Shown here piece after piece: positions 53,321 through 63,926 of a DNA stretch of 64,000 bases. Numbering within the stretch: the first letter of the stretch is position 1; each line of letters opens with the position of its first letter. The notes beneath the pieces are model-generated. The model was given only the letters and a program-made list of their open reading frames with translations. It had not been told where the DNA came from and made no database searches. This DNA is from an uncultured Bacteroidota bacterium (GTDB lineage Bacteria; Bacteroidota; Ignavibacteria; UBA10030; UBA6906). The DNA lies in the NCBI GenBank assembly GCA_963700635.1, contig CAVOYH010000003.1, positions 1,632,001-1,696,000 on the forward strand, read 5' to 3'. The position numbers and the translations under genes are program-made.

Positions 53321-54011
53321 TGCCCGGCGTACTCTATCTGGTGGCAACGCCGATCGGCAACCTGGAGGACATCACATTCCGCGGTCTGAAAGTGTTACGG
53401 GAGGCCGACCTCGTCATCTGTGAGGAACGCCGCGAAGGGGACCGGTTACTCCGTCACTTCGACATCAGCCGGCCTCTGGAGACACTGAACGAGCACAACG
53501 AATCTGCGGCGACACATACCATCCTTCAGGCCCTGCTCGCCGGCAAGTCGGTCGCAGTCATCTCGGACTGCGGGACGCCGGTTCTTCTGACCCGGGACAG
53601 CTTTTGGTCCGCCGCGCCGTTGAACAGGGAATCCGGGTCGTCCCCGTCCCGGGTGCGTCCTCACTTCTTCCCGCGCTGACCGTCTCGGGCTTTTCCATCG
53701 ACCAGTTTCTCTATTATGGGTGGCTCTCGCCGAAGAAGGAGCGGCGCAGAGCAGAATTGCGTCAGTTACTCCAGGAGCAGCGGACAATCGTATTGATGGA
53801 GACACCGTACCGTCTCTCGTCGTTGCTCAGGGACCTCGCAGAGACGTTCGGCGAATCCCGCCGGTGCTGTCTGGCGTTCAATCTGACCATGGCCGACGAG
53901 CAGATCTTTCACGATACGGCGGGCGGGTTGTACCGCCGGCTCGGCTCGCGCGAGATGAAGGGGGAATTCGTTGTTGTCATTGACGGAAGGAGGATCGACC
54001 GGAAGCGATGA
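53320..54011 (+). CDS. rsmI: 16S rRNA (cytidine1402-2'-O)-methyltransferase (one frameshift near 53590)
   Basis: LYLVATPIGNLEDIT; ISDCGTP; VVPVPGAS; METPYRL; KGEFVVVI. Confidence 0.92.
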
Positions 54012-54771
54012 CATTTGAGGTGGCGCTCTGGATGTATCCTCTGTTGCTTGCCGGTGGCCTTCTTGCGGGATGGGTCGATTCGATTGCCGGGGGAGGAGGG
54101 ATGGTGACTATTCCGCTGCTGCTTGGCATCGGTGTGCCCCCGCAAATGGTTCTCGGGACCAACAAGCTGCAGGCGAGTTTTGGCAGCTTCACTGCCTCGC
54201 ACCACTACGTGCTGGAACGAGTGGTCCCCTCCCGGATGCAAGGATGGGAATCCTCTACACGCTCACCGGGAGCGTGCTCGGCACGGTGACCGTTCAGCAG
54301 ATCGACCCCGGCATCCTGAATGTCGTGATTCCGTTTTTGCTTCTGGCTATTGCACTCTACATGCTGATCACACCATCCCTGGGTTCCATTGAGGCGCGGC
54401 CGCGGATGCACCGCCCGGCGTTCTATCTGCTGGCCGGTCTGTTCCTCGGGTTCTACGACGGCTTCTTCGGCCCGGGAGTGGGTTCGTTCTGGGCTGTTGC
54501 GCTGGTCCTCGGCCTCGGTTTCGACCTGAGGCGTGCGACCGGCTACACAAAGGTCATGAATTTCACCAGCAACATCTTCTCCTTCGTGGTCTTCGCGATC
54601 GGGGGAAATGTCCTCTGGCTTCCCGGGTTAGTCATGGCGGTTGGACAGATCGCCGGTGCGCGCCTGGGATCGGGCATGGTGATCCGAAAAGGAGCCACCT
54701 TTATCCGCCCGATTTTCATTGCCGTTGTCATTGTCACGACGCTGAAACTGCTTTCGGACAGACTTTTCTAG
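54008..54771 (+). CDS. TSUP / TauE-SafE sulfite exporter family (one frameshift near 54230)
   Basis: DSIAGGGG; GTNKLQ; GFYDGFFGPG; TKVMNFTSN. Confidence 0.9.
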
Positions 54772-54795
54772 CCGTTTTCCCCTCATTTCGCCTGT

Positions 54796-54824
54796 TTGCA
54801 ATTCAACCCATGAATGGGTATATT
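54796..54824 (+). promoter_or_regulatory. sigma70-type promoter
   Basis: TTGCAA-N17-TATATT; implies the start is ATG 54837 with a very short leader. Confidence 0.6.
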
Positions 54825-54836
54825 TTTCGCACGATT

Positions 54837-55865
54837 ATGACCATTCAGGAAATATTACCCCATCGCGTCAGGGCCCGGGATCTCGTCGGGGAGTACTGGT
54901 TCAACGGCAACCCGGTGCTCATAAGTGAGATGCAGGGGAACGTTGTCCTTCTCGATTTCTGGGACTACAGTTCCACGGAATCCCTGCGGACACTTCCGTA
55001 TGTTCTGGCCTGGTCGAGAAAGTACCGCGAATCCGGATTGTCGGTGGTGGGTGTACACACCCCCCGGTTTCAGTTCGGGTCTGATCCCGGGCACGTACAG
55101 AGCGTGATCGAGGATCTCGGGATCGATTATCCTGTCATGACGGACAACACTCAGTTGATCTGGTCTGCGTACGGAAATCGCTCGTGGCCGACCAAACACC
55201 TGATCGACAAGGATGGCTTCATCCGGTGTCAGAATCTTGGCGAAGGGGGATACACATCCTTCGAACGCGCACTGCAGCATCTCCTGTACGAAGCACGTCC
55301 TCATGAGGAACTTCCTGATCTGATGGAACCCCTTCGCGAGACCGACAGGCCGGGGGCGATCTGCTTTCGGGCGACACCGGAAGTGCTTGCCGGCTATCTT
55401 CGCGGGAGCATTGGCAACGTGGAAGGGACGTCGCCGGAGTCCGTTGTCGACTATGCAGACCCCGGGCTGTATCACGAGGGACGGCTGTATTTGAAGGGGG
55501 CGTGGCGCAATGAACGGGAGTGTTTTCGCTGGGAGGGGGAACCGGGCGAGCAGAGCGCGATTGTGATGCGGTATAGGGGGATCGAAGCGAATGTCGTTCT
55601 CGAGCCGCCGACAGAGGGGGGTGGTAGTGTGATGGTGCTGCAAGACGGTCAGCCGTTGACTCCCGAAAACGCCGGCAAAGACATACATTTCAACGCGGGA
55701 CACACGAGCAGGTTGACCATGGACATCCCCCGCTCGTACAACATGGTCCGCAACCGGGAATTCGGGGACCACGTGCTGGAGATCGTGCCGGAAGGTCCCG
55801 GATGTGCGGTGTATGCACTGACCGGTGTCACGGCTGTGATTCCTGAACTCTTCGGCAGCAATTGA
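54837..55865 (+). CDS. DipZ-like redoxin plus C-terminal beta domain, lacking CxxC
   Basis: VVLLDFWDYSSTESLRTLPY; VVGVHTP.F; YPVMTDN; WPTKHLIDKDG; GEGGY. Confidence 0.8.
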   Translation: MTIQEILPHRVRARDLVGEYWFNGNPVLISEMQGNVVLLDFWDYSSTESLRTLPYVLAWSRKYRESGLSVVGVHTPRFQFGSDPGHVQSVIEDLGIDYPVMTDNTQLIWSAYGNRSWPTKHLIDKDGFIRCQNLGEGGYTSFERALQHLLYEARPHEELPDLMEPLRETDRPGAICFRATPEVLAGYLRGSIGNVEGTSPESVVDYADPGLYHEGRLYLKGAWRNERECFRWEGEPGEQSAIVMRYRGIEANVVLEPPTEGGGSVMVLQDGQPLTPENAGKDIHFNAGHTSRLTMDIPRSYNMVRNREFGDHVLEIVPEGPGCAVYALTGVTAVIPELFGSN

Positions 55866-56839
55866 TGCCTTCGTCCGCACAGGCGCCCGGGACTCCGCCC
55901 CCGCTCCGAACACGTGTGACTGACCTGCTCGGAGTCCCGTATCCGATAGTGCAGGCGGGGATGGTATGGGCGGCGGGCGCAAAGCTCGCCGCTGCCGTTT
56001 CAGAGGCGGGTGCCTTCGGCGTGATTGGTGCGGGGTCGATGAAACCGGATCTGCTTCGCCTGCACATCCGGAAAGCCCGTTCGCTGACCGCGTCTCCGTT
56101 CGGCGTCAATATCCCGCTGGGACGGGCGGACGCGTCGGACCTTGTGGCTGTTGTTCAGGAAGAACATGTCCGTGTGGTCATCACCTCGGCAGGCCATCCG
56201 CTGAAATTTACCGCTCAGTTGAAACAGGCGGGATGCATCGTCCTTCATGTGGTTGCTGCGGTGAAACACGCCCGCAAGGCGGTCGAAGCCGGGTGTGATT
56301 GCGTTGTTGCCGAGGGCTTTGAAGCCGGCGGCCACAATGGAATCGATGAGGTTACCACCCTTACCCTGGTGCCGCAGGTGGCTGATGCGGTGAGCGTGCC
56401 GGTGATCGCCGCAGGAGGCATTGCCGACGGACGCGGGATGGCTGCGGCTCTGGCACTCGGTGCCGACGCCGTGCAGGTGGGAACCCGGTTTGCGGCAACG
56501 GAGGAGTCGTCGGCCCACGAACGCTACAAACGCGCCGTTATCGAAGCCGGCGACACCGGAACGGTCCTGACATTGAAAGGGATTACTCCCGTCCGTATGC
56601 TCAAGACCCCGTTCACCATTAGGGTGCGGGAGGCGGAGCAACGGTGCGCGGGGAGAGAAGAACTGGAACTCCTCCTCGGGCGTAAACGCGAGATGAGGGG
56701 GATCTTCGAAGGGGACCTTGAAGAGGGGATGTTTGAAGCGGGACAGAGTGCGGGGCTCGTTCGTGATGTCCTTCCGGCCGGAGCTGTCGTGACACAGATG
56801 ATGGCGGAATACACGCAGGCCAAAGAACGCATGCCGTAG
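55865..56839 (+). CDS. Nitronate monooxygenase / FabK-like flavoprotein
   Basis: YPIVQAGM; EGFEAGGHNG; PVIAAGGIADGRG; VQVGTRF; AGQSAG. Confidence 0.9.
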   Translation: MPSSAQAPGTPPPLRTRVTDLLGVPYPIVQAGMVWAAGAKLAAAVSEAGAFGVIGAGSMKPDLLRLHIRKARSLTASPFGVNIPLGRADASDLVAVVQEEHVRVVITSAGHPLKFTAQLKQAGCIVLHVVAAVKHARKAVEAGCDCVVAEGFEAGGHNGIDEVTTLTLVPQVADAVSVPVIAAGGIADGRGMAAALALGADAVQVGTRFAATEESSAHERYKRAVIEAGDTGTVLTLKGITPVRMLKTPFTIRVREAEQRCAGREELELLLGRKREMRGIFEGDLEEGMFEAGQSAGLVRDVLPAGAVVTQMMAEYTQAKERMP

Positions 56840-56847
56840 GAGAGAGA

Positions 56848-58670
56848 ATGACGCCATTTCAAACGATGCTGCAGGAGAAGGTGATCGTCTTCGATGGCGC
56901 CACCGGCACTCATTTGCAGGGGCAGGATCTGACCGCAGATGATTTTGACGGGGAGCATCTCAACGGCTGTAATGAGTATCTGGTGATTTCGAAACCGTCC
57001 GCGGTCGAGCTCGTCCACCGCGACTACCTGGAAGCAGGGTGCGACGTTATCGAGACCAACAGCTTCGGTTCCTCGTCCATCGTGCTGGCCGAATACGGTC
57101 TGGCGGACCGATCCTATGAGCTGTCGCACAGGGCTGCACAGATCGCCAGGGAGGTTGCACGGGGATATTCCACGCCGGCCCATCCACGGTTTGTTGCAGG
57201 GTCCATAGGTCCCACAACCAAACTCCCTTCCCTCGGCCACATGACATTTCGCGACATGGCCACCTCCTTCCACATTCAGGCCAAAGGTCTGGTGGAGGGG
57301 GGTGCGGATCTCCTGTGCATCGAGACTGCCCAGGACATGCTCCAGGCGAAGGCCGCACTCTACGGCATCTTCGGGTTCTTCGCCGAGGCCCGGCGCAGCG
57401 TGCCCGTCATCGTGTCTGTGACGGTCGAAACGATGGGGACGCTCCTGCTCGGGACCGAGATCAGTGCCGCGCTTGTGACGCTTGAACCGTATGACGTAGA
57501 CGTGATCGGGATGAACTGTGCAACCGGTCCAATGGAGATGTCCGAGCACGTGCGTGTGCTGACCGGGTCGAGCCCCAAACCGGTTTTTGTGATGCCCAAT
57601 GCCGGCATTCCCGAAAACGTTGGCGGCCACGCGCACTATCGTCTGACGCCGGAGGAGTTTACATCGTCGCTCTCGCATTTTGTGAAGGACCTCGGGGTTA
57701 GTGTTGTCGGCGGATGCTGCGGGACGACGCCCGAACATATCAGGCAGGTGGTGCAGGCGGTTGGCGGGCTCTCCCCGCGGCCGAGAAATCCGGAGTTTGT
57801 GCCAAGCGCCTCAAGCCTGTATCAGGCGGCGCCGCTGCACCTTGACCCTCCGCCCGTGCTGGTCGGTGAACGGACGAATGCTAACGGAAGCAAGCTCTTC
57901 CGCGACCTCCTGGCACGTGAAGACTGGGAGGGGATTGTCGCCATGGGCAAGGAGGCCGTGAAAGAGGGCGCCCATATGGTGGATGTCTGCGCAGCATTCG
58001 TCGGCCGCGACGAGCGCCGGGACATGCGGGAAATCCTCTTCCGGTTCAATACGCAGGTCACCCTCCCGATCGTCATCGATTCCACCGAAGCACCGGTCAT
58101 CGAGGACGCTCTGCAGCTGATCGGCGGCAAAGCGATCATTAATTCCATCAACCTCGAAGACGGCGAAGAACGGATCAAAGCCATTCTCCCTCTCTGCAAA
58201 CAGTACGGAGCAGCGGTGATTGCGCTGACGATCGATGAAGAGGGGATGGCGAAGACCGCGGACCGGAAGGTCGCCGTTGCCCGCAGAATCCATGATATTG
58301 CCGTGCACCGGTACGGCATGAAATCGCATGATCTGATTTTCGATGCCCTGACATTCACGCTCGGTTCGGGGGACGAGGAATTCCGGCGGGCCGGCATCGA
58401 GACGCTGGAAGCCATCCGCCGGATCAAACGTGAGCTCCCCGGGTGTTAAGACGCTGCTCGGCGTCAGCAATATCTCCTTCGGGCTCTCCCCCCATCTCCG
58501 CCATGCGCTGAACAGCGTGTTTCTCCATCATGCAATCGAGGCGGGTCTGGATATGGCCATCGTCCACGCCGGAAAAATCATGCCGCTCTACAAGATCGAT
58601 GAGACAGGGGCGGGAACTCTGCCGTCAGCTGATCTTCGATGAACGCCGATTTGAGGAGGTGCAGGCATGA
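56848..58670 (+). CDS. metH: Cobalamin-dependent methionine synthase, N-terminal half (homocysteine- and pterin-binding domains; indels near 58445 and 58610)
   Basis: FDGATGT; GMNCATGP; VGGCCGTTP; VGERTNANGSK; NSINLEDG; GVSNISFG; ends IFDERRFEEVQA-TGA. Confidence 0.9.
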
Positions 58671-60376
58671 GCACCGGAGCGACCACTCGCAGGGTCGTCT
58701 ACGACCCGCTGTCGCAGTTGATGGAGCACTATGCGTCGCAGAAGACTGAAAAGAAGGAGCAGGCGGCCCGGGCCGAGAAGGTCGAAGATCGTCTGAAAAT
58801 CCGCATTATTGATGGGGACAAGGTAGGCCTTCAGGCCGACCTGGACGAGGCCCTGCGCGGTTATTCAGCCCTCGACATCATCAACACCATCCTGCTCGAC
58901 GGTATGAAAGTTGTGGGTGAACTCTTCGGGAGCGGTCAGATGCAGCTCCCCTTCGTGCTTCAGTCGGCCGAGGTGATGAAAACCGCCGTTGCGTACCTCG
59001 AGCAGTTCATGGACAAGACGAAGTCCACCTCCAAAGGGACGATGGTGCTCGCAACGGTGAAAGGCGATGTCCACGACATCGGCAAGAATCTCGTTGATAT
59101 CATCCTGACCAACAACGGGTACACGGTCATCAATCTCGGCATCAAGTGCGCGATCGAGACCATGATCCAGGCAGCCGCCGAACACCGCGCGGATGCCATA
59201 GGAATGAGCGGCCTGCTGGTAAAATCGACGCTCATCATGAAGCAAAACCTCGAAGTCATGAATGAGCGGGGGATGACACTCCCGGTGATTCTTGGTGGTG
59301 CCGCACTCACGCGGCGGTATGTGGAGCAGGATCTGCGCACCACGTATCGGGGGACCGTGATGTATGCGAACGACGCGTTCGACGGTCTTGGGTATATGGA
59401 GCAGATCAGGACCGGCACACTGGAAACGCGGGCGGAGGGGGCCGACGACGAGGCCGTTCCCACCGGTACTGAAGCCAAAATAGCCATGGCGGAGCAGGAG
59501 AATGAGCGGTATGCCGCACCACCCCCGGCACTCTCCACGGCATCCTCAACCCGACGGTCAGCCGTGCGCACCGACAATCCGATTCCGGGTCCTCCGTTCT
59601 GGGGTACACGTGTCATGGAGAGTATCCCGCTCGACGATGTGTTTGCCTACATCAATGAAGTGGCGCTGATCAGGGGACAGTGGCAGGTGCGGAAAGGGAA
59701 ACTCACCGAAGACGCGTACCGTGCCCTGCTGACGGAAAAGGTGACGCCGGAACTCATCCGCCTTAAAGCCCTCTGCAAGAAGGAGCAGCTCCTCCAACCC
59801 AAGGTGGTGTACGGCTACTTCCCCTGTCATGGCGACGGGGATGACCTCGTCGTCCTCGAGGATGATTGCACAACGGAGCGGCTTCGCTTTACGTTCCCCC
59901 GCCAGCGGGCCGATCGGCACCTGTGCCTGTCCGACTACTTCGCGTCCAAGGACTCAGGGCGGACCGATGTTGTGGCCATGCATCTGGTGACAATGGGGAG
60001 AGCGGCGTCGGAGCATTCGGCGCGTCTCTTCGCTGCCAATAACTACGCGGAGTATCTCTATTTTCACGGGCTGAGCGTGGAATCGGCCGAGGCCCTGGCA
60101 GAACTCTGGCACAAGCGGATCAGGGAAGAGCTGGGAATTGCGGGAAATGACGCCGCGGACATCCGCAAGATGTTCGCACAGGGATATCAGGGATCCCGCT
60201 ACAGCTTCGGGTATCCGGCCTGTCCGAATCTGGAAGACCAGCAGAAGCTGTTTGCCCTGCTGGATGCCGAACGGATTGGCGTCCGTCTGACGGATGAATA
60301 CTCCCTCGACCCCGAGCAGAGTACGAACGCAATCGTCGTGCATCACCCGGAGGCCCGGTATTTCACGGTCGCCTGA
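58667..60376 (+). CDS. metH: Cobalamin-dependent methionine synthase, C-terminal half (cap, B12-binding and activation domains)
   Basis: MQLPFVLQSA; ATVKGDVHDIGKNLV; MSGLL; RYSFGYPACP; own SD GAGGAGG and ATGA overlap. Confidence 0.92.
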   Translation: MSTGATTRRVVYDPLSQLMEHYASQKTEKKEQAARAEKVEDRLKIRIIDGDKVGLQADLDEALRGYSALDIINTILLDGMKVVGELFGSGQMQLPFVLQSAEVMKTAVAYLEQFMDKTKSTSKGTMVLATVKGDVHDIGKNLVDIILTNNGYTVINLGIKCAIETMIQAAAEHRADAIGMSGLLVKSTLIMKQNLEVMNERGMTLPVILGGAALTRRYVEQDLRTTYRGTVMYANDAFDGLGYMEQIRTGTLETRAEGADDEAVPTGTEAKIAMAEQENERYAAPPPALSTASSTRRSAVRTDNPIPGPPFWGTRVMESIPLDDVFAYINEVALIRGQWQVRKGKLTEDAYRALLTEKVTPELIRLKALCKKEQLLQPKVVYGYFPCHGDGDDLVVLEDDCTTERLRFTFPRQRADRHLCLSDYFASKDSGRTDVVAMHLVTMGRAASEHSARLFAANNYAEYLYFHGLSVESAEALAELWHKRIREELGIAGNDAADIRKMFAQGYQGSRYSFGYPACPNLEDQQKLFALLDAERIGVRLTDEYSLDPEQSTNAIVVHHPEARYFTVA

Positions 60377-60431
60377 CCATTCGCGGTGTACGCCGTTCGT
60401 TCCGGAACGGGTTCCCGGACAATTCACTATG

Positions 60432-60460
60432 TTGCAATTTGAACCTGTATTGGTTATTTT
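60432..60460 (+). promoter_or_regulatory. sigma70-type promoter of ferredoxin
   Basis: TTGCAA-N17-TATTTT. Confidence 0.55.
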
Positions 60461-60517
60461 GAGAGCACTCCAGCCAGTGTCCAGATCTACACGAATGAAA
60501 AACGGAGGAAGATTCAC

Positions 60518-60859
60518 ATGGCAACTTTCATCACGGAAGAGTGCATCAATTGCGGTGCATGCGAGCCGGAATGCCCGAATACCGCGATTTACGCCGGCGG
60601 TGTCCAGTACGAGCTGAACGGAAAGATGTTTGACGCTCTCTCAAACGACTTCTACTATATCGTCCCCGAGAAATGCACAGAATGTGTCGGCCATTTTGAT
60701 CAGGAGCAGTGTGCGGCAGTTTGTCCGGTGGATTGCTGCGTTCCGGATCCCAACCGCCCCGAAACGGAAGAGGTTCTGTTCGAGCGCGCCAAGAAAATCC
60801 ATTCGGAAAAGACTTTTCCGGAATTGACTGCCGCGACATCGCGTTTCCGCAAGGGGTAA
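60518..60859 (+). CDS. YfhL-family 2x[4Fe-4S] ferredoxin
   Basis: ECINCGACEPECPN; KCTECVG...QCAAVCPVDCC. Confidence 0.95.
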   Translation: MATFITEECINCGACEPECPNTAIYAGGVQYELNGKMFDALSNDFYYIVPEKCTECVGHFDQEQCAAVCPVDCCVPDPNRPETEEVLFERAKKIHSEKTFPELTAATSRFRKG

Positions 60860-60890
60860 GTCACCGTTTCCTTTGCTGCAGAATATGTAC

Positions 60891-60951
60891 AGGTCGGTCC
60901 AGACTCCGGCCGGCAGAGACCGGTGGCGGAGGAAGGACCGACCTTCGTTTT
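60891..60951 (+). terminator. Hairpin or putative terminator after ferredoxin
   Basis: AGGTCGGTCC...GGACCGACCT with inner stems, then TCGTTTT. Confidence 0.55.
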
Positions 60952-60976
60952 CAGGAGGGTCTGTCAGGAGGCCGGA

Positions 60977-61819
60977 ATGATCATCGGCGGGTATACGCTC
61001 AACAGTGTGGACACCGGGCGGTTTGCCCTGGACGGGGGCGCCATGTTCGGCGTCGTCCCGAAACCCCTCTGGGAAAAGGCTCATCCTGCGGACGACCGCA
61101 ATCGCATCGCCATGGCAGCCCGTGCCTTGCTGCTCGTGGGTCATGGACGGACGATTCTGGTGGACACGGGGAACGGCGACAAGTACGATCCCAAACAGAC
61201 ATCCATTTTCGGCTTCGACACCTCCTCAGCCGGCCTTCTTGCGTCCCTCAATGCGCTGGGGGTGGCTCCGGGTGACGTTACAGATGTCCTTCTGACCCAC
61301 CTTCATTTTGACCATGCCGGAGGTGCGACGAGAATCGTGAACGGTGTGGTTGAACCGACCTTTCCCGGTGCGCGATACCACGTCCAGAAAGCGCAGTGGG
61401 ACACGGCACTCCAGCCGACCGAACGCGACCGGGCGAGTTTCTTCCCCCATGATTACCTCCCCCTCCAGGCGCGGGACCAGCTGTTGTTCGTGCAGGAGGA
61501 CGAAGAGCTCTTTCCGGGAATCAGGCTTCTCCAGTTCCACGGACACACGACCGCGCTGCAGTGTCCGCTCCTGAGCGACGGCACGACAACCCTGCTCTAC
61601 TGCGCGGATCTGGTTCCATTGCATTCACATGTTCAGCTCCCATGGATTATGGGATACGATCTGAGACCCCTGGTGACGCTCGAAGAAAAACGACAGGTCC
61701 TCAGGCAGGCAGCCGATGAGCAGTGGATACTGTTTTTTGAACATGACCCGGATGTCATAGCCGCGCGCATCGGGACAGGGCCGAAGGGATACGTCATCAC
61801 CGAGCGGATGAAACTATGA
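60977..61819 (+). CDS. MBL-fold metallo-hydrolase (YtnP-like)
   Basis: FALDGGAMFGVVPKPLW; THLHFDHAGG; GHT; GYDL; FEHDP. Confidence 0.92.
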   Translation: MIIGGYTLNSVDTGRFALDGGAMFGVVPKPLWEKAHPADDRNRIAMAARALLLVGHGRTILVDTGNGDKYDPKQTSIFGFDTSSAGLLASLNALGVAPGDVTDVLLTHLHFDHAGGATRIVNGVVEPTFPGARYHVQKAQWDTALQPTERDRASFFPHDYLPLQARDQLLFVQEDEELFPGIRLLQFHGHTTALQCPLLSDGTTTLLYCADLVPLHSHVQLPWIMGYDLRPLVTLEEKRQVLRQAADEQWILFFEHDPDVIAARIGTGPKGYVITERMKL

Positions 61820-61903
61820 GAGGAACGGCGCGATGCGGTTCATCAACGCAACGGCGGTATGACGTGAATGTAAAAGACGGCATTGTCTACGTCGGAGTCC
61901 CGG

Positions 61904-62896
61904 ATGATGACGACAGCTGACCTGCAGGACGCGACGAGGAAGGTCAAGGCCGAGGCGACTGCCCTGGGGTTTTCGCATGTCGGTATCGCGCGGGCAACGC
62001 ATCTGCGGGAGGAGGAGGAGCATCTCGCAGAATGGTTGCAGCGTGGCTTCGCCGCTTCCATGGGATGGATCGGACGCCGCGCGGCGGAACGCCTTGATCC
62101 GCGGAGGGTTCTTCCGGAAGCGAACTCCATCATCGTGCTTGCCATGAACTACTACTCCCCGCCCGCTCATGAACCTGCGCCGGGGAAGATCTCCCGGTAC
62201 GCTTGGGGGGACGATTATCACGATGTCGTCAGCGATCGTGTGCGCCGCCTCGAGCAATGGCTTCGCACAACGTTTCCCGGTATCGGAACGCGGTGGTATG
62301 TGGACACCGGACCGGTGATGGAGAAAGCCTGGGCGGAACGTGCGGGCGTTGGATGGCTGGGAAAGAATGGCACCATCATTACCCGGGATATGGGATCATG
62401 GGTGTTCCTGGGTGTCATTCTCGTGACGGAGGCATTCGCGTACGATGAACCGGCGACCGATCAGTGCGGGACATGTACGCTCTGCCTGGACGCGTGTCCT
62501 ACGGACGCAATTGTTGAACCCTGTGTCGTTGATTCCCGAAAGTGCATATCGTATCTCACGATCGAGCACCGGGGTGCATTTGCGGAGGGAGATGGTGCGC
62601 TGCTGGGGGACTGGATATTTGGATGTGACATTTGCCAGGATGTCTGTCCCTGGAATCAGAAATTTGCCCGGGAAACGGATATCCCGGGATTTGCTCCCCG
62701 CGACGGACTGGTGCAACCGGATCCGGCAACGATGGCGAACATTTCTGATGATGCATTTGCGGTTCAGTTTCAGCGAAGCCCTGTTCTGAGAGCACGCCCG
62801 GAGGGACTGCGGCGGAACGCACAAGCCGTACTCGACAACGGGCCGGACACGAACTCCGCTGACCCTCCTCGCCCGCCCGGAGCATCTCATCCATAG
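61904..62896 (+). CDS. queG: tRNA epoxyqueuosine(34) reductase
   Basis: [10 protein letters not shown]; VDTGPVMEK; [13 protein letters not shown]; CISYLTIE; [13 protein letters not shown]. Confidence 0.95.
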   Translation: MMTTADLQDATRKVKAEATALGFSHVGIARATHLREEEEHLAEWLQRGFAASMGWIGRRAAERLDPRRVLPEANSIIVLAMNYYSPPAHEPAPGKISRYAWGDDYHDVVSDRVRRLEQWLRTTFPGIGTRWYVDTGPVMEKAWAERAGVGWLGKNGTIITRDMGSWVFLGVILVTEAFAYDEPATDQCGTCTLCLDACPTDAIVEPCVVDSRKCISYLTIEHRGAFAEGDGALLGDWIFGCDICQDVCPWNQKFARETDIPGFAPRDGLVQPDPATMANISDDAFAVQFQRSPVLRARPEGLRRNAQAVLDNGPDTNSADPPRPPGASHP

Positions 62897-62915
62897 TGAA
62901 CACGAGGAGACTTCT

Positions 62916-63860
62916 ATGGCTTCGCATCATACGCTCATCATCATCGGGTCGGGACCGGCGGGTCTCACTGCCGCGCTCTATGCAGCGCGCGCCAATCTTG
63001 CGCCGGTTGTCTTTGAAGGCATACAGCCCGGTGGCCAGCTGACAATCACAACGGAAGTCGAGAACTTTCCCGGCTTTCCGGCGGGGATCATGGGACCGGA
63101 ACTGATGGATCATTTCCGGGCGCAGGCACAACGTTTTGGTACCCAGTCCCTCTTCAAGAATATTACAAAGGTCGATGTGAGAAGCCGGCCGTTCCATGTC
63201 TGGGCCGACGAAGAAGAGTACACCGCTGATGCCCTCATTGTTGCGACGGGTGCCTCCGCGAAGCTTCTCGGTCTCCCTTCCGAAAAGGCCTACATGGGCT
63301 ACGGGGTATCGGCCTGTGCCACCTGCGACGGGTTTTTCTTCAAGGGACAGGAGGTCGTCGTGGTCGGCGGAGGTGATACGGCCATTGAAGAAGCGACGTT
63401 CCTTACAAAATTTGCGTCGAAAGTTTCCATCGTCCATCGGCGCGATACGCTGCGGGCGTCGAAAATTATGCAGGACAAGGCTGCGAAGAACCCGAAGATT
63501 GCTTTTGTATGGGATTCCATCGTCGAGGAGATTGTCGGCAAGGAGGAGAATGGCAGGAAGCTCGTCACAGGTGTGCGATTGAAGAATGTCAGGACCGGAG
63601 CATCCTCCATCCTGCGAACCGACGGCGTCTTCATGGGAATCGGGCACAAACCCAACACCGACCTTTTCAAAGGACAGCTCGAGATGGACGGGGTGGGGTA
63701 TCTGCTGACCAAAGGGAAGGGGACGCAGACGAGCGTAGAAGGCGTTTTTGCCGCCGGAGATGTTGCGGACAGCGTCTACAGGCAGGCGATTACTGCAGCC
63801 GGCTCTGGCTGCCAGTCTGCACTCGACGCAGAACGATGGCTCGAGACCCAGCACAACTGA
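62916..63860 (+). CDS. trxB: Thioredoxin-disulfide reductase
   Basis: IIGSGPAG; [10 protein letters not shown]; [10 protein letters not shown]; [15 protein letters not shown]. Confidence 0.97.
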   Translation: MASHHTLIIIGSGPAGLTAALYAARANLAPVVFEGIQPGGQLTITTEVENFPGFPAGIMGPELMDHFRAQAQRFGTQSLFKNITKVDVRSRPFHVWADEEEYTADALIVATGASAKLLGLPSEKAYMGYGVSACATCDGFFFKGQEVVVVGGGDTAIEEATFLTKFASKVSIVHRRDTLRASKIMQDKAAKNPKIAFVWDSIVEEIVGKEENGRKLVTGVRLKNVRTGASSILRTDGVFMGIGHKPNTDLFKGQLEMDGVGYLLTKGKGTQTSVEGVFAAGDVADSVYRQAITAAGSGCQSALDAERWLETQHN

Positions 63861-63883
63861 TTTCCCGATCAACTTTTTTTTGC

Positions 63884-63926
63884 AAGGGGCCGCCTCACGC
63901 CTTATGAGACGGCCTTCATTTTTTTT
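63884..63926 (+). terminator. Rho-independent terminator after trxB
   Basis: AAGGGGCCGCCTCA-cgcctta-TGAGACGGCCTTC followed by A and a T run. Confidence 0.75.

Noticed and set aside
53320-54771. rsmI and TSUP as pseudogenes
   Set aside because: Each has a single 1-nt shift with otherwise intact motifs, consistent with residual consensus errors.
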